From positions 128,001 through 192,000 of the forward strand of contig CAWEWF010000010.1 of NCBI GenBank assembly GCA_963812605.1: a DNA stretch of 64,000 bases. The letters are read 5' to 3'. Below are positions 57,886-64,000 of this stretch, piece after piece. The DNA is from an uncultured Verrucomicrobiae bacterium (GTDB lineage Bacteria > Verrucomicrobiota > Verrucomicrobiia > Palsa-1439). Each line of letters starts with the position of its first letter. Positions within the stretch are counted from its first letter, which is position 1. A program made the position numbers and the translations under genes. The notes under the pieces were generated by a model. That model saw only the letters and a list, made by a program, of their open reading frames with translations. It did no database searches and had not been told where the DNA came from.

Positions 57886-58784
57886 CGCGTGGCGAGAATC
57901 GTCGCGATAAGAATCTGCGTGACGCTTCGCAAGAAATCGTAGTCGAGTGTGTCCGGCGTGTCGGTGGATTGATGGTAGTGCGGGTTGCGAAACTCGGCAG
58001 TATCGGTCCAAAGGATTGCGGGAATGCCGGCCCTCCAGAAGGGCATGTGGTCGCTCCGTTGCAGGACCGGCAGAAGTTTTTCCACGCCGGCGTATACTTT
58101 CAAGCTCAGCACCGGAAAATCCGGCCAGTAGGTCTTGGCTGTTTGCAGAACGGTGTTTGCCATGGCGGTGGAATCCTTGTTTGCCAGGATCCCCAGGAAA
58201 TCACCGCGGTCTGGCACCTGGATCGGCAGGCCCGGCGGGATCGTCTGCGAGCCGGGACGATGATCACAGTAGCCGATCATCTCCAGGATATGCGCTTCGC
58301 GAACGGACATTTGCCCTTCCGCGGTAATGGTTCTCACAAAGTCGGCGCTACCCAACAGTCCGTCCTCTTCGCGGTTGAAGGAAACGAAACAAACCGGACT
58401 TTCTGAAGCATGTTCGGCCAACGCCTTGGCGCAGGCCAACAGTGCCGCGACCGCGCTCGCATTGTCGTCGGCGCCCGGGGTGCCCGGCACAGTGTCGTAG
58501 TGCGCGCCAACGAGGACACAGGCGGCGTCCGAAGAGTGCCGGGAGCGAGCGACAACATTGGCGTATTCACCCTGCAACTTTGTTTCGTAACCGTACGAAT
58601 GCAACTGGCGCGCAATCGAATGCGCTGTCAGTCGGTTGTTCTCCGATTGCAATTCGTAATGACGGGGAACCGCAAGAGTCTCGACAGTTGCGCAGAGAAA
58701 GGACGCCGAGACACCAGCCATTGCCGCCAGTATCCGGGTATCAGGCGTGGTGGGTTGCGCGTTGGCGGAATGTTGAAGATGCAT
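57882..58784 (-). CDS. M28-family metallopeptidase
   Basis: VGAHYDT, PGADDNASA, EEDGLLGS, RSDH, YHQSTDT. Confidence 0.9.
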   Translation of the reverse strand: MHLQHSANAQPTTPDTRILAAMAGVSASFLCATVETLAVPRHYELQSENNRLTAHSIARQLHSYGYETKLQGEYANVVARSRHSSDAACVLVGAHYDTVPGTPGADDNASAVAALLACAKALAEHASESPVCFVSFNREEDGLLGSADFVRTITAEGQMSVREAHILEMIGYCDHRPGSQTIPPGLPIQVPDRGDFLGILANKDSTAMANTVLQTAKTYWPDFPVLSLKVYAGVEKLLPVLQRSDHMPFWRAGIPAILWTDTAEFRNPHYHQSTDTPDTLDYDFLRSVTQILIATILATR

Positions 58785-58867
58785 GGTCAACGCGAAATCA
58801 TAGGACAGAGCGGGGAACAGTCCAAGCGTTTCGTCGAAGAGGTTATGCCTCTATTTCGAGTGACCAC

Positions 58868-58949
58868 AACCCGCATAAATGTGAATAATTTAGAAAAAGC
58901 CCGTAAACATTGACGTTTCTGCGATGCGATACAAATCAGGATTCGAGGA
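58868..58949. repeat. Repeat A, copy 1 (82 nt)
   Basis: AACCCGCATAAATGTGAATAA...ACAAATCAGGATTCGAGGA, nearly identical to 59300-59381. Confidence 0.9.
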
Positions 58950-58996
58950 CGAAAATGCTCTCGCATGGCTACATTGTAGCAAAACTGCTAAAGAGA

Positions 58997-59170
58997 TTAT
59001 TTTATAAAAAGGATTATTTCATGTAGATTGCTCAAATAATAGCTCTGTATTTTATAATCAGCATCATACTCAAAGGCAAAATACCAACCAGCAAACTCTG
59101 TGGGTATACTATCGCTTCCAGAGGGGATCGGCTTCCTAAAATGAATATTGTAAGGCAACTGTTCAACAGG
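58997..59170 (-). pseudogene. 5'-truncated AT-rich coding fragment (cargo 1)
   Basis: Open 57-codon frame PVEQLPYNIHFRKPIPSGSDSIPTEFAGWYFAFEYDADYKIQSYYLSNLHEIILFIK*, preceded by an in-frame stop next to repeat B and lacking an ATG. Confidence 0.45.
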
Positions 59171-59203
59171 CTAACCAAATTCTGCTCCCGATCCGCCAGC
59201 GAA

Positions 59204-59292
59204 GCAAGCCAAACGAGCCGACCGCCTGAATCTTCAAAAAGCCCAATAAAACCGCTATGCCGATGCGTACAAATGCTTACCTACATTTCCAG
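59204..59292. repeat. Repeat B, copy 1
   Basis: GCAAGCCAAACGAGCCGACCGCCTGAATCTTCAAAAA (37 nt identical to 59811)...CTACATTTCCAG. Confidence 0.9.
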
Positions 59293-59299
59293 TGATCCG

Positions 59300-59381
59300 A
59301 ACCCGCATAAATGTGAATAACTCAAGAAAAAGCCCGCAAACATTGACGATTCTGCGATGCGCACAAATCAGGATTCGAGGA
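59300..59381. repeat. Repeat A, copy 2
   Basis: Direct repeat of 58868-58949. Confidence 0.9.
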
Positions 59382-59420
59382 AAGGAAATGGCTGGTTAGG
59401 TCACATCGTGCTCAATCTAA

Positions 59421-59714
59421 TCACCAATATGGGTCGAAAAATGGCATAGAAAAATACCACAATAAAAAAATGGCTACGAAATTCATGAGTGCGCAAGCGA
59501 AAGCCACCTCCAGTGCTTTGGCAATCGGCTTACGCAATGCCAAGAGCGAAGCTGTAAACGAACTGGTAAAAAACATGGCAATCCATGACCAAGGCGCACC
59601 CATGTCAATGACGTGCATCCAATATTCACTCATAAACCATCCCCAAAGCCAAATCCCATAAAAGACGATGAGGACTATCGCATTGTATGTCAGGAGACGT
59701 TTCATGTGGCTCAT
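59421..59714 (-). CDS. Small 3-TM AT-rich membrane protein (cargo 2)
   Basis: MSHMKRLLTYNAIVLIVFYGIWLWGWF...PFFDPYW; GAGGAAG RBS; its start overlaps the stop of an upstream remnant (ATGA). Confidence 0.65.
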   Translation of the reverse strand: MSHMKRLLTYNAIVLIVFYGIWLWGWFMSEYWMHVIDMGAPWSWIAMFFTSSFTASLLALRKPIAKALEVAFACALMNFVAIFLLWYFSMPFFDPYW

Positions 59715-59810
59715 GGCTTCCTCTTGGCAGCACCTATTATTCCATAATATAGCACGGTTTTGCTCCAACCTCTCTCTTCCTCTCTCAAACGCTCCTGCTC
59801 CGCCCGTTTC

Positions 59811-59897
59811 GCAAGCCAAACGAGCCGACCGCCTGAATCTTCAAAAACCCCTGCAAAACCGCTAATCGATGCGGACAAAGCTTGCCTACATTTCCAG
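59811..59897. repeat. Repeat B, copy 2
   Basis: Direct repeat of 59204-59292. Confidence 0.9.
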
Positions 59898-60003
59898 GTT
59901 GGAAGGGCACGCCTCGCAGAGGCGTGGCTACACCGCTGGACAAATGCTTATCGACATTTCCAAGTTGGAGAGGCACGCCTCGCAGAGGCGTGGCTACACC
60001 GCT
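59873..60003. repeat. Tandem 65-nt duplication: tail of repeat B + GTAG-type REP
   Basis: GGACAAA..CTT...ACATTTCCA.GTTGGA..GGCACGCCTCGCAGAGGCGTGGCTACACCGCT occurs twice. Confidence 0.85.
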
Positions 60004-60096
60004 GGCGTCAACGATCCCGAACGGCCACGACCCTTCGACTTCGTTCAGGACAGGCTCCGCGTGGCCCTCCACATTTAAGATACTACTACCGCCGGC

Positions 60097-61210
60097 TTAC
60101 TGTATGACTTGTGCGCGGTAGAAACGCTTGGGTTGCGTCGTGGCGTTGGTGTCGATGACGGTGACGATGCCACCGGTACCGACGAAGATTGCTGCTAAGG
60201 GTCGTCCACACGCCGGTCACGAGGTCAGTGGCGCTCTGGACGAGATAAAGCCGATTCGAAGCGGTGCATAGGCCGATGTGGATATCCGCGCCTACCGGGG
60301 CGATATTGGTGATCCTCAGGTCAGGTCCAAGCTCGAAGTTGATAACGCTATTGATCCAGGCGGCGTGGGACGAAACACGTGAGCTATAAAAACCGGTGGG
60401 AATATCGGCAGATTGATTCGGGAAGAACTGCCAACCCCCTGCGCCGTTGGCGATATAAAGTCCGCTCACGTCCATGATGGCACCTTGGAATTGCGTGTTG
60501 GTTGTCCCATCGAGGCTGAATGGTCCATCCACCGCATAATGGATCCCCGCCAATTTCCACGTGGAACCGTCTTGGATAAACATCGCGCCACTGGAATCTC
60601 CGACGGAGAGGTCGCACTCATTGGTGATCCCGTTGCGATCAAAGTTGGGCTTTAGAAACTGGCCGAGCGATGCGTCCGTGTAAATCGTGGAGACGATGTT
60701 TTCCCCCCAGCGGACGACTCCATCTGGCGTTCCCCATTCCCAACCCTTGAGCCGAGGGGGGCTGCCTGCGGTGACAGAATTGCCCCGTTGGGTGCCCCGC
60801 CCGATGACGACGCAGAGTTTGTTCACTTCGTTCGAGTTCGTATAGAGCGGAGCGTACCGTGGAAAGGTGTTGGCCACCTGCCAGACGCGCAGGTCGGAAT
60901 TGGGACAATCCCAAAACGCAACCGTTTGGTAGAGGAACGGAACAGCATTCATTTGAAAGGGATCGCCGACGTTACCGCCGACATGCTGTGCCGCGAGGAA
61001 AAAAGTCGGGGCGATGGTGGTCCCCATGTAGCTTCCCTGCCAGATCCCTTCATACTGCCAGCCGCTATTGGTCAGCGCACCTGTCGGAGCCGTGGTGTTG
61101 AATGTCACGTTGCTGGTGGACTCCAAAATGACCGCTTCGCTTCGTGTCGCAAAGGATCCGAGTGCCAAAAGGCAGAACAACGCCCACGCCCTGCTAACCC
61201 ATGAGTTCAT
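60097..61210 (-). CDS. Secreted trypsin-like serine protease with a C-terminal Verrucomicrobia-type domain, frameshift near 60180
   Basis: Signal peptide; triad motifs LAAQH, DLRV, GDSSG; tail Y.VQSATDL...W and KRFYR in the shifted frame. Confidence 0.8.
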
Positions 61211-61560
61211 GCCGCGTTTAGGGTAACAAAAATCAGGTCAGATGACAAGTGCGACGGGCGAAGAACGCTGAAGTTATGTTGTTCTGGAACAGATTGCCGA
61301 GGAACACAGCCAGCGATTCGCGTATGTTGGCTGATAGCAACGGAGTACAGCTCCCGCCCTGCCCTCAAATCAGCCCCATTTCCCAAACGACAGCCCCTTA
61401 GTAACCCGTGAGGGCAGGGCGAAAGATTCTGTGTGAAGCAGACTCCCACGAAATTGTGACGAATCAAGCCAGCAACGGTTACGATTTGGTGAAGGGAAGG
61501 AGCGTGGTGTATCTTGACCTCCATGGGAGGGGGAACTACTATCAGGTCGCGAGCAGCGAT

Positions 61561-61650
61561 GGAGAGGTGGCAGAGTGGTCGATTGCGGCGGTCTTGAAAA
61601 CCGTTAGGCGCGCAAGCGTCTCGGGGGTTCGAATCCCTCCCTCTCCGCCA
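61561..61650 (+). tRNA. tRNA-Ser(TGA)
   Basis: GGAGAGG acceptor stem, anticodon loop CT-TGA-AA, long variable arm, GGTTCGAATCC, encoded CCA. Confidence 0.95.
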
Positions 61651-61797
61651 GTCTTCGCTGGCAGCAGCTACGACTCGGCACGCCAGTCTTCGCTGGCAGC
61701 TTTGGTGACAGCGAAGACTGTCTCGCCGTAGCGCAAGCGTAGGCGGACAAAGAGAGGTTACCGTTGGCTGCCAGCTACGACTCGGCACGCCAGTCTT
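61646..61797. repeat. Repeat cluster between tRNA-Ser and the GIY-YIG gene
   Basis: CGCCAGTCTTCGCTGGCAGC twice, AGCTACGACTCGGCACGCCAGTCTT twice, and the hairpin CAGTCTTCGCTG...CAGCGAAGACTG. Confidence 0.8.
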
Positions 61798-61799
61798 TG

Positions 61800-62063
61800 A
61801 TGGGAGAAGCTTTGGTCGGGCAATTCTATTACGTTTACATCCTTCAGAGCTGCAAGAATTCGAATCGCTTCTACACCGGGTTTACGGAGAACTTCAAGGA
61901 GCGACTTGCCGAGCACAACGCGGGGAAGTCACTTCACACGAAAGCACTTCGTCCCTGGCGCATCAAGACTTGCATTGCCTTTACTGATCGCAAATCGGCC
62001 CTGGACTTCGAGCGTTATCTCAAGACCGCATCGGGACGAGCATTCGCCAAAAAGCGTTTGTAG
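61800..62063 (+). CDS. Stand-alone GIY-YIG nuclease
   Basis: YYVYILQS, FYTG.T, RL.EHN.G, RPW, A..FERYLK..SGR. Confidence 0.9.
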   Translation: MGEALVGQFYYVYILQSCKNSNRFYTGFTENFKERLAEHNAGKSLHTKALRPWRIKTCIAFTDRKSALDFERYLKTASGRAFAKKRL

Positions 62064-62478
62064 AAGCACGTGAGTGCCAGCGATAATTGTCGGGGAGGTA
62101 GATCAACAAGTCGGTCTGTTCAGCGGGATTGAGGCAAAAGTGCATTCAGCTTCACCTACAGGGCAAGAGAGAGTCTTACCGTCAGCTTGCATTGCGTTAA
62201 ACACGCCCGCTGAGAGACAAAACGCTGACCGAAAAGGCGTGCCGGAACGACCTTGACAGGACGGGTAAGGGTTTGGTACAGAAGGCCCAGTATCCAAGGG
62301 TTGTATGCACAGGATCTGTGAGCCGTTTGTGATGAAATCTGGAGGAATGCAGTCGGATGCGTGAGTGGCACCGTGCCTGCCCGATGGGGCGGCGCGGTTT
62401 TTAATTCTGGCCCCCAAAAACCTTTTTTCCCAAAGTGAATTTCCGAGCAAGCAACATCCCCGATGGAGGTAACAAGAC

Positions 62479-62679
62479 ATGGCACGCGGCACTGTGAAGT
62501 GGTTCAATGAAAAGAAGGGTTTCGGTTTCATTCAGCAGGAGGGTGGAGCGGACGTATTCGTCCACTTTTCGGCCATTCAGGGTGACGGATTCAAGACCCT
62601 GGCCGAGGGGCAAGCCGTGGAGTTCGAGATCATCGAGGACGCGAAGGGCGCCAAGGCCCAGAACGTCACCCGGGTCTAG
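62479..62679 (+). CDS. cspA: Cold-shock protein
   Basis: [31 protein letters not shown]. Confidence 0.95.
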   Translation: MARGTVKWFNEKKGFGFIQQEGGADVFVHFSAIQGDGFKTLAEGQAVEFEIIEDAKGAKAQNVTRV

Positions 62680-62859
62680 GCTGCTGGAGCGCCGCGGGAA
62701 TGCGGCCAGTTTTTTTGAGCCGGGGTGGGTGGGAGGGCAACGACTGTGCGCAAAACGCGGAAGCGCTGGCGTTTGCAGCGCGTTCGCGCATGGAAATGGC
62801 TTCACGTAGTGCTGCGATGCCCATAAAATCTTGCTCCGGGAGCAAATTGAAAATAGTTC

Positions 62860-63174
62860 TTGCATCCGCGCGGGGCGGTCTGTAGTTTGGCCGTCCTTTG
62901 ACAGGGAAACGGCCGCGGGATCGCGGTAAAAATTTTTGTTTGATGGGCTTGACAGGCATGGGGAGTGCGAGTACATAGAGGGTGCCTGCAAGGGGACGTT
63001 TCGGACGGTTCTTTAGGAGCGCGACAAACTCTAATCCCGAGAGCGGGTTTGCTGTCGCCTGAAAACAGAAGTGATCAGCGGTTAGACATGAGCGTTCAGC
63101 CCGACGGCTGAGAGTTCATTATCTGAAAGTTGATTACACGCGCCGCCAATGGCGTCGCGTCGCGTTCTTTGAAA
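62860..63174 (+). promoter_or_regulatory. rRNA operon promoters and boxA
   Basis: TTGCAT-17-TAGTTT (62860), TTGACA-17-TACATA (62949), boxA-like GTTCTTTGAAA (63164). Confidence 0.6.
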
Positions 63175-63361
63175 ATTGAAAGTGCGATACGTGAGAGCCC
63201 ACGTTTGTCTCGGCGCAAGTCGGGATGGACAAATTGAGTAGTAACAGACCAGTTGGTTAGCCCTAACTGGTCGCTCAACGTGGAATCGGTCGGATCAGCA
63301 ATGGCCCCGAAAGGGGGCATTGACGCTTCGGAGCAATTCGGGGCAGGTCTGGTTGATTTTT

Positions 63362-64000
<639 letters not shown>

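Noticed and set aside
58868-60003. CRISPR array
   Set aside because: Repeats are 80-90 nt, only two copies each, with spacers of hundreds of nt and no cas genes.
61650-62100. Prophage or integrative island at tRNA-Ser
   Set aside because: No integrase and no extended tRNA 3' duplication; only short CGCCA-containing repeats.

Overview
64 kb of GC-rich bacterial chromosome, most likely Verrucomicrobiota (PVC), judged from the 16S 5' end and a long PVC-type GreA. Many genes carry single-base frameshifts, including essential gyrB. I read these as long-read assembly errors and annotate the genes as joined. In order, the window holds: (1) the tail of a surface-polysaccharide locus (1-10.4 kb) with an SGNH/SxtJ/carbamoyltransferase/SxtK-like module, wecB and a WecG/TagA glycosyltransferase; (2) mixed housekeeping and envelope genes (alginate-export-type porin, NUDIX, ferredoxin, thiD, comEC, EF-G paralog, GH-GT2 fusion, GreA, SulP, an ECF sigma/Spy-CpxP operon, rlmN); (3) gyrB-HEPN-gyrA; (4) an Rrf2- and SAM-I-riboswitch-linked sulfur operon (ThrC-like PLP enzyme, MoaD/ThiS sulfur carrier, NIL protein, cysH, cysD, cysNC); (5) an AT-rich repeat-bounded cassette array at 58.85-60.08 kb; (6) a secreted trypsin-like protease, tRNA-Ser with downstream repeats and a GIY-YIG nuclease, a cold-shock gene and the start of 16S rRNA. 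The best leads are the cassette array with swapped cargo, the sulfur-carrier homocysteine-like operon, an uncalled 17-aa poly-Lys micro-ORF, and a degenerate HEPN gene inside the gyrase operon.
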